This document shows, piece after piece, positions 52,648 through 62,654 of a stretch of DNA of 64,000 nt (its first letter is position 1; the number at the start of each line of letters is the position of its first letter). Origin of the DNA: Rhodobacter sp. (lineage in GTDB: Bacteria > Pseudomonadota > Alphaproteobacteria > Rhodobacterales > Rhodobacteraceae); NCBI GenBank assembly GCA_030066215.1, contig JASJCA010000004.1:1762-65761 (forward strand). The letters are read 5' to 3'. The notes under the pieces are model-generated. The model was not told the DNA's origin. It did no database searches and was given only the letters and a program-made list of their open reading frames with translations. The position numbers and the translations under genes are program-made.

Positions 52648-54783
52648 TCAGGGTTTTCGATCTAGATCGCGATGCCGTGAGATCGACGCCACATCGCTTT
52701 CGGCCTCGACCGCTAGCATAACATTGTGAAGATGTTCTGCATCCTTAAGGTCTACATCGACAATAAGGCGATAAAAGTCCGGTTTGCGGTCGACAAAAAG
52801 CAAATCGGAGATGTTGGCCTTTTGCTCACCGATCAAAGTGCAAATGCGGCCCAGCACGCCGGCATCGTTCGAGATCGTCAGATCAAGGCTGATGGTGTGC
52901 ACCGCAGGGTGATTGCCGGAATGCCAGTGCAGGTCGACCCAACGCTCGGACTGATCCTCGAACTCGGCCAGGGCCTCGCAGTCGATGGCGTGCACGATCA
53001 CGCCTTTGCCGCGATAGCTGATGCCGACAATGCGTTCGCCCGGCACCGGCTGACAGCATTGCGCGCGCTCGAAGCTTTGGTCGGGACCAAGGCCGATAAC
53101 CGCACGAGTTGCGTCGATCTCCTCGCCGGTGTCGGCGGCAAGTTCGGGGTAGAGCGTCTCGACCACGTCGCGCGCAGTCAACTCGGCCGAGCCGAGCCGC
53201 GCCAAGACCTCGTCCACGGAGGTCAGACCAAGCTGCTTCGCCGCGGTCGACAATGCTTTGTCGGTGGCGCGCTTGCCGACATGTTCGAAGGCCACACGGG
53301 CCAGTTCCGAGCCCAGCTTGACGAAACGTTCGCGGTCCTCTTCGCGCAAGCTGCGCCGGATCGCCGCCTTGGCACGCCCGGTGGCGACGATATCGAGCCA
53401 GGTCGCCTGCGGCCGCTGGCCGGCGGCGGTCATGATCTCGACCGATTGGCCGTTCTTCAGCCGGGTCCAAAGCGGCACCCGCATCTGGTCGACCTTGGCG
53501 CCGACGCAGGAATCACCGATCCGGGTATGAATCGCGTAGGCGAAATCGAGCGGCGTCGCCCCGCGCGGCAGCTTGATCACCTCGCCCTTCGGCGTGAAGC
53601 AGAACACCTGGTCGGCATACATTTCGAGCCGGACGTGCTCGAGGAATTCGTCGTGGTCCTCGGCGGCTTCGAACTGTTCGGTCAGGCCCGCCACCCACTT
53701 GGTGGGGTCCACGGCGAACGGGTTTTCCGACGGAACGCCGTCGCGGTAGGACCAATGCGCCGCCACGCCGGCCTCGGCCACATCATGCATCTGATGGGTG
53801 CGGATCTGAATCTCGACCCGCCGCCCGTCACGGCCCGACACGGTGGTGTGGATCGACCGGTAGCCGTTCGATTTGGGCTGGCTGATATAGTCCTTGAACC
53901 GCCCCGGCACCGCGCGCCAACGCTGGTGCATGGCGCCGAGCACGCGATAACAATCGGCCTCCGTCTCGACCAGGATGCGGAACCCGTAGATGTCGGAAAG
54001 CCGCTGAAAGCTCAGCCCCTTGTCCTGCATCTTGCGCCAGATCGAATAGGGCTTCTTGGCGCGGCCGCGCACCTCTGCCGTGATCCGGGCCTTTCGCAAT
54101 TCGGCGCGGATGTCCGCGGTGATCTTCTTGACAACGTCGCCGGTTTCCTGCTGCAGCTTAATGAACCGGCGCATCAACGAACCGCGGCCCTCGGGGTTGA
54201 GCACCTTGAAGGCCAGGTCCTCCAACTCGTCGCGCATCCACTGCATGCCCATCCGGCCAGCAAGCGGCGCGAAGATGTCCATGGTCTCGCGCGCCTTTTG
54301 CACCTGCTTTTCGGGGCGCATCGAGACGATGGTACGCATGTTGTGCAGCCGGTCGGCGAGTTTGACCAGGATCACCCGCAGATCCTTCGACATCGCCATC
54401 AGGAGCTTGCGGAAATTCTCGGCCTGCTTGGTCTCCGACGACGACAGCTGCAGATTCGTCAACTTGGTGACGCCGTCGACCAGTTCGGCGATCTCGTCAC
54501 CGAAACGGTCGCGGATTTCGGTATAGGTCGACCGCGTGTCCTCGATCGTGTCGTGCAACAGCGCCGTGATGATCGTCGCGTCATCAAGCTGCATCTCGGT
54601 CAGGATCGAGGCCACCGCCACGGGGTGACTGAAATAGGGCTCGCCGGAATGCCGGTACTGGCCCGCATGCATCTGGCCGCCATAGGCAAAGGCGGCGCGG
54701 ATCAGCTCTGCATTGGTGCGCGGATTGTAGGCCCGGATATTCTCGATCAGGTCTTCGACACCGATCGTGCGATCCAGGGCCAT
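52648..54783 (-). CDS. bifunctional (p)ppGpp synthetase/hydrolase (RelA/SpoT homologue, Rsh)
   Basis: ORF 52648..54783(-), 711 aa. HD domain (HPVAVA...LHDTIEDT), synthetase (YRSIHTTV), TGS and ACT regions. Downstream of rpoZ. Confidence 0.92.
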   Translation of the reverse strand: MALDRTIGVEDLIENIRAYNPRTNAELIRAAFAYGGQMHAGQYRHSGEPYFSHPVAVASILTEMQLDDATIITALLHDTIEDTRSTYTEIRDRFGDEIAELVDGVTKLTNLQLSSSETKQAENFRKLLMAMSKDLRVILVKLADRLHNMRTIVSMRPEKQVQKARETMDIFAPLAGRMGMQWMRDELEDLAFKVLNPEGRGSLMRRFIKLQQETGDVVKKITADIRAELRKARITAEVRGRAKKPYSIWRKMQDKGLSFQRLSDIYGFRILVETEADCYRVLGAMHQRWRAVPGRFKDYISQPKSNGYRSIHTTVSGRDGRRVEIQIRTHQMHDVAEAGVAAHWSYRDGVPSENPFAVDPTKWVAGLTEQFEAAEDHDEFLEHVRLEMYADQVFCFTPKGEVIKLPRGATPLDFAYAIHTRIGDSCVGAKVDQMRVPLWTRLKNGQSVEIMTAAGQRPQATWLDIVATGRAKAAIRRSLREEDRERFVKLGSELARVAFEHVGKRATDKALSTAAKQLGLTSVDEVLARLGSAELTARDVVETLYPELAADTGEEIDATRAVIGLGPDQSFERAQCCQPVPGERIVGISYRGKGVIVHAIDCEALAEFEDQSERWVDLHWHSGNHPAVHTISLDLTISNDAGVLGRICTLIGEQKANISDLLFVDRKPDFYRLIVDVDLKDAEHLHNVMLAVEAESDVASISRHRDLDRKP

Positions 54784-54798
54784 CGGGCTAGTCCGCCC

Positions 54799-55152
54799 TT
54801 AACGCGGCTCCTGCGCTTCCATCAGCGCGCGGAGCAGGCGTTCTTCGGACATATCGTCTTCGGCCGGCTTGTCGACCTCGGCCCCCATCAGCAGGGCCAT
54901 CGCGTCTTCCTCCGGCTCATCGACCTCGATCTGGGTCTGGTGGCTTTCGATCATGCGCTCGCGCAGCTCTTCGGCCTGTTGGGTCTCGTCGGCGATTTCG
55001 CGCAACGACACGACCGGGTTCTTGTCATTGTCGCGATCGACGGTGATCGGCGCACCGGCGGAAATCTCGCGCGCGCGGTGGCTCGCCAGCATCACCAACT
55101 CGAACCGGTTCGGGACCTTGTCAACGCAATCTTCGACCGTAACGCGGGCCAT
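54799..55152 (-). CDS. rpoZ: DNA-directed RNA polymerase subunit omega
   Basis: ORF 54799..55152(-). [30 protein letters not shown]. Confidence 0.92.
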   Translation of the reverse strand: MARVTVEDCVDKVPNRFELVMLASHRAREISAGAPITVDRDNDKNPVVSLREIADETQQAEELRERMIESHQTQIEVDEPEEDAMALLMGAEVDKPAEDDMSEERLLRALMEAQEPR

Positions 55153-55219
55153 GCTGTGCTCCGTAGCTCATGGGAAGTCCAGAGACGTCTTCATAAGCCC
55201 AGATTTCGGGCTTGACAAG

Positions 55220-55855
55220 TCAATGCGGCACACTTTCGGGTGTGTCGAGGCGCCGGATGTTGGCAGTCTCGCGTCCTGGAAGCTCCGCCACTAGCTCTAC
55301 CACACTTCGCCCAAGCACCGGATGCCACCAATTCGGGGCAATCTCGGCCAATGGCACCAGCACGAAGGCGCGGTCCTGCAGCCGGGGATGCGGCAGGATC
55401 AGCCGGTCTGGAACCGCTGCGACCTGCGCCTCGGGCGGCAGAGATCGCCAGGCCTGAAAGGTCTCTAGATCGGGCAGAACTCGGTCGCCGACCGCGATCA
55501 AATCCAGGTCCAGCGTCCTTCGGCCCCAGCGCTGCAGACGTTCGCGCCCGAACGCCGCCTCGACGCGATGCAAAACCCGCAAGATTTCGTGGGGATCGTC
55601 CAACCCAGACAGAACCGCCGCCGCGTTGACATAGTCGGGTCCGGCGCCTTTCGGAAAACACGGGGTGGCGAAAAGCCTGCTGGTCGCCTCAACCGACAGC
55701 TGCGAATCACCCAATCGCTCCAGCGCCGCCCTTATGGTTAACGCCGGCCCGCCAATCGCGCTGTCGATGTTTCCGCCAAGCGCAATTATCACTTTTGCGG
55801 GTTTTATCGGTGCATTTGTAGCCGTTTTGTGACATCCTCCGTCTTGCGAGCCCAA
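55220..55855 (-). CDS. folK: 2-amino-4-hydroxy-6-hydroxymethyldihydropteridine diphosphokinase
   Basis: ORF 55220..55855(-). ...IIALGGN...YVNAAAVL...RWGRRTLDLDLI...LILPHPRLQDRAFVLVPLAEI. The start is uncertain: TTG 55855 or GTG 55792. Confidence 0.85.
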   Translation of the reverse strand: MGSQDGGCHKTATNAPIKPAKVIIALGGNIDSAIGGPALTIRAALERLGDSQLSVEATSRLFATPCFPKGAGPDYVNAAAVLSGLDDPHEILRVLHRVEAAFGRERLQRWGRRTLDLDLIAVGDRVLPDLETFQAWRSLPPEAQVAAVPDRLILPHPRLQDRAFVLVPLAEIAPNWWHPVLGRSVVELVAELPGRETANIRRLDTPESVPH

Positions 55856-55957
55856 TTTTTCCCCCTATTTTGCTGGGTGGTTTCGCCGGTAATTGAATAC
55901 ACCGACCACTCACTCAGGGACCAGATAGGCGAAACTGAATAATCGGAAGGATTCTAG

Positions 55958-56566
55958 ATGTTCTACAGAGACGAACGGCTGGCGCTGTTCATCGACGGGT
56001 CGAACCTTTATGCAGCGGCAAAATCGCTGGCGTTCGACATCGACTACAAACTTCTGCGACAGGAGTTCATGCGGCGCGGCAAGCTGCTTCGGGCGTTCTA
56101 CTACACCGCACTTCTGGAGAATGACGACTACTCGCCGATCCGCCCCCTGGTTGACTGGTTGCACTACAACGGCTTCACCATGGTGACGAAGCCGGCGAAG
56201 GAATACATCGACAGCCAAGGCCGCCGGAAGGTGAAGGGCAACATGGACATCGAACTGACGGTCGATGCCATGGAGCTGGCGCCGCATGTGGACCACATCG
56301 TGCTGTTTTCCGGCGACGGCGATTTCCGTCCGCTGGTCGACGCGCTGCAGCGCAAGGGCGTGCGCGTATCGGTGGTCTCGACGATCCGGTCACAGCCGCC
56401 GATGATCGCGGACGAGTTGCGCCGCCAGGCCGACAACTTCATCGAACTCGACGAGTTGAAGGACGTGATCGGCCGCCCGCCGCGCGAACCGAGGGAGCCG
56501 AGGGAGCCGCGCGAGAGCCGCGAGGCACGAGAGCCCGAAGAGGTCGAGGAAATCGCCGAACAGTAG
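55958..56566 (+). CDS. NYN/LabA-like domain protein with a C-terminal (Pro-Arg-Glu)n tail
   Basis: ORF 55958..56566(+). ATG is preceded by GGAAGGA. LALFIDGSNLY...GNMDIELTVD...IVLFSGDGDF...VSVVS. The tail reads PPREPREPREPRESREAREPEE. Confidence 0.85.
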   Translation: MFYRDERLALFIDGSNLYAAAKSLAFDIDYKLLRQEFMRRGKLLRAFYYTALLENDDYSPIRPLVDWLHYNGFTMVTKPAKEYIDSQGRRKVKGNMDIELTVDAMELAPHVDHIVLFSGDGDFRPLVDALQRKGVRVSVVSTIRSQPPMIADELRRQADNFIELDELKDVIGRPPREPREPREPRESREAREPEEVEEIAEQ

Positions 56567-56587
56567 CGGCGCTTGCACGCGAGAAAG

Positions 56588-56620
56588 AGCCCTGCCCGGA
56601 TACCGACGGCGGGGCTTTTC
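56588..56620 (+). terminator. putative rho-independent terminator after the NYN gene
   Basis: AGCCCTGCC-cggataccga-GGCGGGGCT forms a 9-bp stem with one G.U, followed by TTTTCGCGTTT. It lies 22 nt after the stop codon. Confidence 0.55.
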
Positions 56621-56789
56621 GCGTTTCCGGGATCGGACCGGCGTTGCGCAGGGTCACCGCAACCGGCGCCACACGGCCGCTGCCTACTGTGTCTGTGGCC
56701 TTTCTGCGTGAGCGACCGCCAGGCGGCGCAAGCCCCTGGACGCGCGCGGCCGCACCGCCTAGGTCTGGACCAGCGACAGGACCCCGCCC

Positions 56790-57740
56790 ATGACCAAGCC
56801 ACCGCTGACCTTGTACCTTGCCGCTCCACGCGGGTTCTGCGCCGGTGTCGACCGGGCGATCAAGATCGTCGAGATGGCGCTGCAGAAGTGGGGCGCGCCG
56901 GTCTATGTACGCCACGAGATCGTGCATAATCGCTTCGTCGTCGACGGGCTGCGGGCCCAGGGCGCGGTGTTCGTCGAAGAACTCGACGACTGCCCTGACG
57001 ACCGGCCCGTGATCTTCTCCGCCCATGGGGTGCCCAAGGCGGTGCCGGCCGAGGCCGCGCGGCGGCAGATGCTCTATGTCGACGCCACCTGCCCTTTGGT
57101 GTCGAAGGTTCATATCGAGGCCGAACGCCACCACGGGAACGGTCTACAAATGGTGATGATCGGCCATGCCGGCCACCCCGAGACCATCGGCACCATGGGC
57201 CAATTGCCGCCGGGCGAGGTGCTGCTGGTCGAAACCGTGGACGATGTCACCGGATTGCAGGTGCGCGATCCCGAGAAACTGGCCTTCATCACCCAGACCA
57301 CGCTGTCGGTCGACGACACCGCTGAGATCGTTGCCGCCCTGCAGGACCGGTTTCCGGCGATCAAAGGGCCGCATAAGGAAGACATCTGCTACGCCACCAC
57401 GAACCGGCAAGCGGCGGTCAAGGCGATGGCGCCCAAGGCCGACGCAATGCTGGTGATCGGCGCGCCGAACTCGTCGAACTCCAAGCGCCTGGTCGAAGTC
57501 GGCGCCGCCGCCGGCTGTCGGTACGCGCAATTGGTACAGCGCGCTGACGACATCGACTGGCGGGCGCTCGAAGGCATCCGGACGGTCGGTATCACCGCTG
57601 GCGCCAGCGCGCCCGAGGTGCTGGTGAACGAGGTCATCGACGCCTTCCGCGCCAGGTTCGACGTGACCGTGGAAACGGTCGAGACCGCGATTGAGAATGT
57701 CGAGTTCAAGGTGCCGCGCGTGTTGCGGGAACCGGCGTGA
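56790..57740 (+). CDS. ispH: 4-hydroxy-3-methylbut-2-enyl diphosphate reductase
   Basis: ORF 56790..57740(+). [15 protein letters not shown]...VRHEIVHN...DATCPLV...GHAGHPE...ICYATTNRQ. Confidence 0.92.
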   Translation: MTKPPLTLYLAAPRGFCAGVDRAIKIVEMALQKWGAPVYVRHEIVHNRFVVDGLRAQGAVFVEELDDCPDDRPVIFSAHGVPKAVPAEAARRQMLYVDATCPLVSKVHIEAERHHGNGLQMVMIGHAGHPETIGTMGQLPPGEVLLVETVDDVTGLQVRDPEKLAFITQTTLSVDDTAEIVAALQDRFPAIKGPHKEDICYATTNRQAAVKAMAPKADAMLVIGAPNSSNSKRLVEVGAAAGCRYAQLVQRADDIDWRALEGIRTVGITAGASAPEVLVNEVIDAFRARFDVTVETVETAIENVEFKVPRVLREPA

Positions 57741-58249
57741 CGACGCTGTCCTGGCGCGGCGACGGGACCTTCAAGACGGCAGACGCCCGGATCGACGCCG
57801 ACGCCATCGTCCTGACCGGTCTCACCGAATCACAGGATTGGTCCGCGCGCTACACAGTCGAGGCCGCCCCCGATTGGCAGGCTCACACCGTCCACATCGA
57901 CACTGGCGACGGCCGGGCGTTGGCACTGAGCAAGACAGATAAGTGGGGTGACGGCTGCGCCGAATGCACCGACCCGGACCTATCGGCCTCACCGATGACC
58001 AACACCCTCCCGATCCGACGGCTGGACCTGAAGATTGGCGACAGCGCCGAGATCCTCGCCTTGCACATCATGCTGCCCGACTTGACCTTCCGCCCCGCGC
58101 ACCAGCGCTACACCCGACTTGGCCCACTGGCCTGGCGTTATGAGGGGCTCGAGTCCGGCTTCACCGCCGAGATCGCTGTGGACGGCGAAGGTTTCGTCAC
58201 CGGTTATCCGGGGCTATTCTTGCGTGTCGATCCCGGTGCCGCCCCCTGA
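57737..58249 (+). CDS. putative glycolipid-binding domain protein (DUF1089-type)
   Basis: ORF 57737..58249(+). GTG start with a GTGA overlap with ispH. The ...[14 protein letters not shown]... motif is one I associate with this family. Confidence 0.6.
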   Translation: MTTLSWRGDGTFKTADARIDADAIVLTGLTESQDWSARYTVEAAPDWQAHTVHIDTGDGRALALSKTDKWGDGCAECTDPDLSASPMTNTLPIRRLDLKIGDSAEILALHIMLPDLTFRPAHQRYTRLGPLAWRYEGLESGFTAEIAVDGEGFVTGYPGLFLRVDPGAAP

Positions 58250-58339
58250 GATATCGTCAAGGCCTGCACTGGTTGGGTTTTCGCCGACTTTGGCACTCCC
58301 GCCATACCGCAGACACGAGAATAGCCGCAGGTCAACACC

Positions 58340-58813
58340 ATGCCCAAACCCTTCGATCCCGAAGACGTCCTGAACCTGCCGTTGATGGCCAACCTCGCGA
58401 CAATTGCCGACGATGGCGCACCGCGCAACGCGCCGGTCTGGTTTCAGTGGGAGCGTGGCGCGCTCTGGATGCTCGGCGACAGGGCCGGCAGCTCGGTCCA
58501 CCGAATCTCCCGCGATCCCCGCGTCGCTGTCGAGATCGTCGACTACGACAACGCGGGCGGCGTCCTGCGCCACCTCGGGCTGCGCGGGACCGCGACCATC
58601 GAGCCTATGGACCGCGCCCTGTTCCGTCGTTTGCTCGCCCGTTATCTTGGCCCCGAGGCGACCTGGAATGTCTGGTTCATCGACACTGTCGCCCGCATCG
58701 ATGACCCCGACGGTCGATTGATCCGGCTTGACCCCGACAGCATCTTCACCAATGACGTCAGTTACTTCCGCACCGGCCCCACGCTGGCCTCGCACATGAA
58801 CCGAACGCCATAG
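58340..58813 (+). CDS. pyridoxamine 5'-phosphate oxidase family protein
   Basis: ORF 58340..58813(+). ...MANLATIADDGAPRNAPVWFQWERGALW...PRVAVEIVD... is the split-barrel pattern. Confidence 0.7.
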   Translation: MPKPFDPEDVLNLPLMANLATIADDGAPRNAPVWFQWERGALWMLGDRAGSSVHRISRDPRVAVEIVDYDNAGGVLRHLGLRGTATIEPMDRALFRRLLARYLGPEATWNVWFIDTVARIDDPDGRLIRLDPDSIFTNDVSYFRTGPTLASHMNRTP

Positions 58814-58821
58814 AGAACCGC

Positions 58822-59436
58822 ATGCTCAGCCTGCAATTCCTCGTCACCGCTTTCGTCGTCGTCATCGCCCCTGGCACCGGCGTGATCTACACCCTAGCCA
58901 TAGGCCTCGGCCAGGGCCGCGGACCGTCGGTCATGGCCGCCCTGGGCTGTACATTCGGCATTGTTCCGCATCTCCTGGCCGCTGCTTTCGGGTTGGCGGC
59001 GGTGCTGCACACTTCGGCGCTGGTCTTCCAGATCGTCAAATTCGCTGGTGTTGCCTATCTGCTCTACCTGGCCTGGCAGGCCTTGAAGTCGGGCGGCGCA
59101 CTATCGATCAGACGCGAGACCCGCCGCGATTCCGGCTTTCGAATTGCCCGCCGCGGCGCGCTGATCAACATCCTCAATCCGAAATTGTCGATCTTTTTTC
59201 TTGCCCTTCTGCCGCCGTTCCTCAGCGGCAATCCCGCCACCGCGACCGCCGAAATGATCTGGCTCGGCGCCGTCTTCATGGCGCTCACCTTCGCTGTCTT
59301 CGTGCTCTACGGTATCTTCGCTGCGGCCGCCCGCGACTGGCTTCTGACCAGCGAACGGATAATGCGTTGGCTGAACCGCGGCGTCGCAGCGATCTTCGCC
59401 GCGCTCGGCGCGCGTCTGGCGTTGGAGCGAGCATGA
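58822..59436 (+). CDS. LysE family amino-acid translocator
   Basis: ORF 58822..59436(+). ...APGTGVIYTLAIGLGQGR...NILNPKLSIFFLALLPPF.... Confidence 0.85.
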   Translation: MLSLQFLVTAFVVVIAPGTGVIYTLAIGLGQGRGPSVMAALGCTFGIVPHLLAAAFGLAAVLHTSALVFQIVKFAGVAYLLYLAWQALKSGGALSIRRETRRDSGFRIARRGALINILNPKLSIFFLALLPPFLSGNPATATAEMIWLGAVFMALTFAVFVLYGIFAAAARDWLLTSERIMRWLNRGVAAIFAALGARLALERA

Positions 59437-59912
59437 GCAGCCGGATTACAGGAGAAGGGCAGTCGAGGCCGCCCCGCCCGGCCTTGATCCTCGGCTTTGC
59501 TGGGTTGATTCCATTCCTTTGGGGTGCTGCGACGCTCCTCAGCCCACCCCTGGCCGTCTTCGGGGCCGAGCAGTTCGGCACCCGTTTCGTGGGCCCCTTT
59601 GTGCAGATCAGCTATGGGGTCATCATCCTGTCATTCATGTCCGGCGTCCTTTGGGGCTTCGCGACCCGCACCCATGGCCGGCTGGCCCGCAATGGATATG
59701 CCGCGAGCGTGGTGCCGGCACTTTGGGCGTTCCTCTTCGTCGGCAGCAATCCCGACAGCGCCGCCTGGTGGCTGATCCTCGGCTTCGGCCTGATCTTGCT
59801 GATCGAAAGGTGGTTCGCGCGATATGGCCTGACACCGGCGTGGTGGATGCCCTATCGCACTGTCCTAACCTGCGTCGTCGTCACATGCCTCGCCGTGGGA
59901 CCTTTGACGTGA
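59433..59912 (+). CDS. DUF3429 domain membrane protein
   Basis: In-frame part of ORF 59367..59912(+), from ATG 59433 (ATGA overlap). ...LGFAGLIPFLWGA...YGVIILSFMSGVLWG.... Confidence 0.65.
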   Translation: MSSRITGEGQSRPPRPALILGFAGLIPFLWGAATLLSPPLAVFGAEQFGTRFVGPFVQISYGVIILSFMSGVLWGFATRTHGRLARNGYAASVVPALWAFLFVGSNPDSAAWWLILGFGLILLIERWFARYGLTPAWWMPYRTVLTCVVVTCLAVGPLT

Positions 59913-60502
59913 CCGCCGACGACGAAACTCTGCGGGTGTATGACGCCCGCGCGGCCGACTACGTCGAAATGATCGCGGACGCCAAGCTCGACCAGGACCT
60001 GAAAGCGTTCCTGGCCCCGATCCCCAAGGGCGGCCGCGTGCTGGACCTCGGCTGCGGGCCAGGCAACGCCGCCGCGCAGATGCGCGATCGCGGCTACCGG
60101 GTGACGGCCTGGGACGCGTCGCCTGAAATGGTCGCCTCCGCGCGCGACCTCTACGGCGTCGAGGCGCAGGTTGCCAGCTTCGACGACCTGCGGGCCGAGG
60201 CCGACTTCGACGGGGTCTGGGCCAATTTCAGCCTGCTTCACGCGCCCAAATCCGAGATGCCGCGGCACCTTGCCGCCATTCACCGCGCGCTGACCCCCCG
60301 GGGCCGCTTGCATTTGGGCCTCAAGACCGGCGAGGGCGAACGGCGCGACGCCATCGGCCGGTTCTATGCCTATTACACAGACGCTGAGATCTCCGGGCTC
60401 CTAGAGGCCGCCGGCTTCACCATCACCAGCCGCCGCACCGGCGCCGAGAAAGGCATGGACGGCACCGTCGCACCCTGGATCGTGCTCGCCGCCCATGCCT
60501 GA
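59885..60502 (+). CDS. class I SAM-dependent methyltransferase
   Basis: In-frame 3' part of ORF 59519..60502(+). ATG 59885, or GTG 59909 (GTGA overlap). SAM motif [11 protein letters not shown]. Confidence 0.8.
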   Translation: MPRRGTFDVTADDETLRVYDARAADYVEMIADAKLDQDLKAFLAPIPKGGRVLDLGCGPGNAAAQMRDRGYRVTAWDASPEMVASARDLYGVEAQVASFDDLRAEADFDGVWANFSLLHAPKSEMPRHLAAIHRALTPRGRLHLGLKTGEGERRDAIGRFYAYYTDAEISGLLEAAGFTITSRRTGAEKGMDGTVAPWIVLAAHA

Positions 60503-60971
60503 GCTTTTTGCCTATACCGACGGCGCCTGTTCCGGCAATCCCGGTCCCGGCGGCTGGGGCGTGGTTCTGGTCGCGCGCGACGGCGACGCGGTGCTGAAGG
60601 AACGCGAACTGAAGGGCGGCGCGCCCGAGACCACCAACAACCGCATGGAACTCTTGGCCGCCATCGAGGCGCTCGACGCCCTCGACCGCGCCTCGGCGAT
60701 CACGCTGGTGACCGACAGCGCCTATGTGAAGAACGGCGTGACCGAATGGATCCACGGCTGGAAGCGGAACGGATGGAAGACATCGACCAAAAAGCCGGTG
60801 AAGAACGCCGACCTCTGGCAGCGCCTCGACGAGGCCCGCGCCCGCCACGAGGTGCGATGGGAGTGGATCAAGGGCCATGCGGGGCATCCTGAAAACGAAC
60901 GCGCCGACAAGCTCGCCCGCGATGGCATGAAGCCGTTCAAGCCCAAGAAGCCCGCCGCCCCCGACAGCTAG
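60495..60971 (+). CDS. rnhA: ribonuclease HI
   Basis: ORF 60495..60971(+). [16 protein letters not shown]...[14 protein letters not shown]...TDSAYV...[14 protein letters not shown]. Confidence 0.92.
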   Translation: MPELFAYTDGACSGNPGPGGWGVVLVARDGDAVLKERELKGGAPETTNNRMELLAAIEALDALDRASAITLVTDSAYVKNGVTEWIHGWKRNGWKTSTKKPVKNADLWQRLDEARARHEVRWEWIKGHAGHPENERADKLARDGMKPFKPKKPAAPDS

Positions 60972-61218
60972 GCGCTGCCGCTCAGGCGTCCTGTCAACCC
61001 CGCCGCAGGCGCCGGGCTTCGCCCGGCTTGGGGTTGACTGGACGAATGAGCGGCAGATGCTCGGACAGGACCGGCCCGGCCGGCCGTCTCAGCAGCAAAG
61101 ACGCACCGCCGCAACCGGTTGCAGCGCCCGAAAAACTGGGAGATCACCCGATACTGGCCCGCCCTGCGAAGCCGGAGGCGGCAGCAGGGAACACCCTGCG
61201 CCGCGCGGCACTGCCAGG

Positions 61219-61458
61219 CTACCGCTTCGGCCCGTAGAGCCGCCAGAGCCAGATCAGCAGCATCGCGCCCAGGACGGCACCGACGAAGCCGGCCATGAAC
61301 CCGGTCACCGTCAGCAGGAACCGCAGCACCAGCCCGCCGATCAGCGCGCCGAAGATGCCGATGACCACGGTCGTGATCACATCCGTCTCGAGCTTCATCA
61401 GACGGGTGGCCAGAAACCCCGCGGCGGCGCCGATAATCACCAGATAGACGATGCCCAT
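61219..61458 (-). CDS. GlsB/YeaQ/YmgE family small membrane protein
   Basis: ORF 61219..61458(-), 79 aa. MGIVYLVIIGAAAGFLATRLM...GIFGALIGG.... Confidence 0.8.
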   Translation of the reverse strand: MGIVYLVIIGAAAGFLATRLMKLETDVITTVVIGIFGALIGGLVLRFLLTVTGFMAGFVGAVLGAMLLIWLWRLYGPKR

Positions 61459-61500
61459 GGCGGCACTATGCCGCCCAAGCCGCGGTCGTGCAACGCATCG

Positions 61501-61743
61501 TCAGCGCTTGCGGTAATGCGTCGGCACGATCACCAGCGCACCGATCGACGAGGCGATGGCATCGAACCCCGGGCTGCCCAGGCTGATCCCGAACATCACC
61601 CGGACGAAGAAGAACAGCACCGCGCCGCCGATACAGATCACCATCGAGGGAATCACGCCGTTCCGGGTGAACCCGCTGCGCTCGGACACATAGCCAACGA
61701 TTCCGGCGATGATCATCGTCCCGATCAGCGCGAAATACATCAT
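61501..61743 (-). CDS. GlsB/YeaQ/YmgE family small membrane protein (paralogue)
   Basis: ORF 61501..61743(-), 80 aa. ATGA overlap with the fmt stop. ...[15 protein letters not shown]...[11 protein letters not shown].... Confidence 0.7.
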   Translation of the reverse strand: MMYFALIGTMIIAGIVGYVSERSGFTRNGVIPSMVICIGGAVLFFFVRVMFGISLGSPGFDAIASSIGALVIVPTHYRKR

Positions 61744-62654
61744 GTCCCTCCCAACACCGTGCCGGGCGGCACCGCCCAGCCGCGCAGCACCTCCGCCGCG
61801 TCGCCCGCAGCCTTACCCGCCCGTTGCAGCCGCGTCACCTGCACCGCACCGTCGCCACAGGCCACCGTGAAGGCCGCATCCAGCACCTCGCCCGGCCGGC
61901 CGCCGCCATCGACCACGCGCGACCCGAGCAGCTTCAGCCGTTCGCCTGCCACCTCGGTCCAGGCCCCTGGAAACGGCGCAAGGCCGCGGATCAGACGGTC
62001 GACCTCCGACGCGGGCCGCGCCCAGTCGACCCGCGCCTCGGCCTTGTCGATCTTCTCGGCATAGGTCACGCCGTCGGCCGGCTGCGCGACCGGCGCCTGG
62101 TCGTCGAGCCGCGCCAAGGCGTCGACGATCAGCCGCGCCCCCAACAGCGACAGCCGGTCGTGCAGGGTGCCGGCGGTCTCCTCCGCCCCGATCGGGATCG
62201 CCTCACGCAGCAGAACCGGCCCGGTATCGAGTCCCGCCTCCATGACCATGATGCAGACCCCGGTCTCGGCATCGCCGGCCATGATCGCGCGCTGGATCGG
62301 CGCCGCCCCGCGCCAGCGCGGCAACAGCGAGGCATGCACGTTCAGGCAACCCCGCGCCGGTGCGTCCAGAACCGCCTGCGGCAGGATCAGCCCGTAGGCC
62401 GCCACCACCGCCACGTCGGCAGAGAGATCGGCAAAGGCGGCCTGCGCCGCGGTGTCCCGCAGCGTCGCCGGATGCCGGACGTCCAGCCCCAGGGCTTCGG
62501 CGCGCGCCTGCACCGGCGAGGGCCTGGGCTTCTTGCCCCGCCCTGCCGGCCGTGGCGGTTGGCAATAGACGCCCGCGACTTGATGCCCGGCATCGACGAG
62601 GGCCTGCAGCACCAGCACCGCGAAATCCGGTGTGCCCATGAAGACGACCCTCAC
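61740..62654 (-). CDS. fmt: methionyl-tRNA formyltransferase
   Basis: ORF 61740..62654(-). GTG start (GTGA overlap with the upstream stop). [12 protein letters not shown]...[21 protein letters not shown]. Confidence 0.92.
   Translation of the reverse strand: MRVVFMGTPDFAVLVLQALVDAGHQVAGVYCQPPRPAGRGKKPRPSPVQARAEALGLDVRHPATLRDTAAQAAFADLSADVAVVAAYGLILPQAVLDAPARGCLNVHASLLPRWRGAAPIQRAIMAGDAETGVCIMVMEAGLDTGPVLLREAIPIGAEETAGTLHDRLSLLGARLIVDALARLDDQAPVAQPADGVTYAEKIDKAEARVDWARPASEVDRLIRGLAPFPGAWTEVAGERLKLLGSRVVDGGGRPGEVLDAAFTVACGDGAVQVTRLQRAGKAAGDAAEVLRGWAVPPGTVLGGT

Noticed and set aside
55707-55913. Alternative 68-codon ORF starting at an ATG right after a GGAGG inside the folK 5' region.
   Set aside because: The product is a basic low-complexity peptide with no homology I recognise. 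The frame overlaps the recognisable FolK coding sequence. The GGAGG may instead relate to the uncertain folK start.
60993-61038. Nested hairpin GTCAACCCC-[..GCCGGGC-ttc-GCCCGGC..]-GGGGTTGAC after rnhA, considered as a terminator. The 247-bp gap 60972-61218 was also considered for a small gene (ORF 61028..61237).
   Set aside because: No U-tract follows on either strand, so I do not call a rho-independent terminator. The ORF is Pro/Arg/Ala-rich with no RBS or motif. The hairpin itself is real but unexplained.
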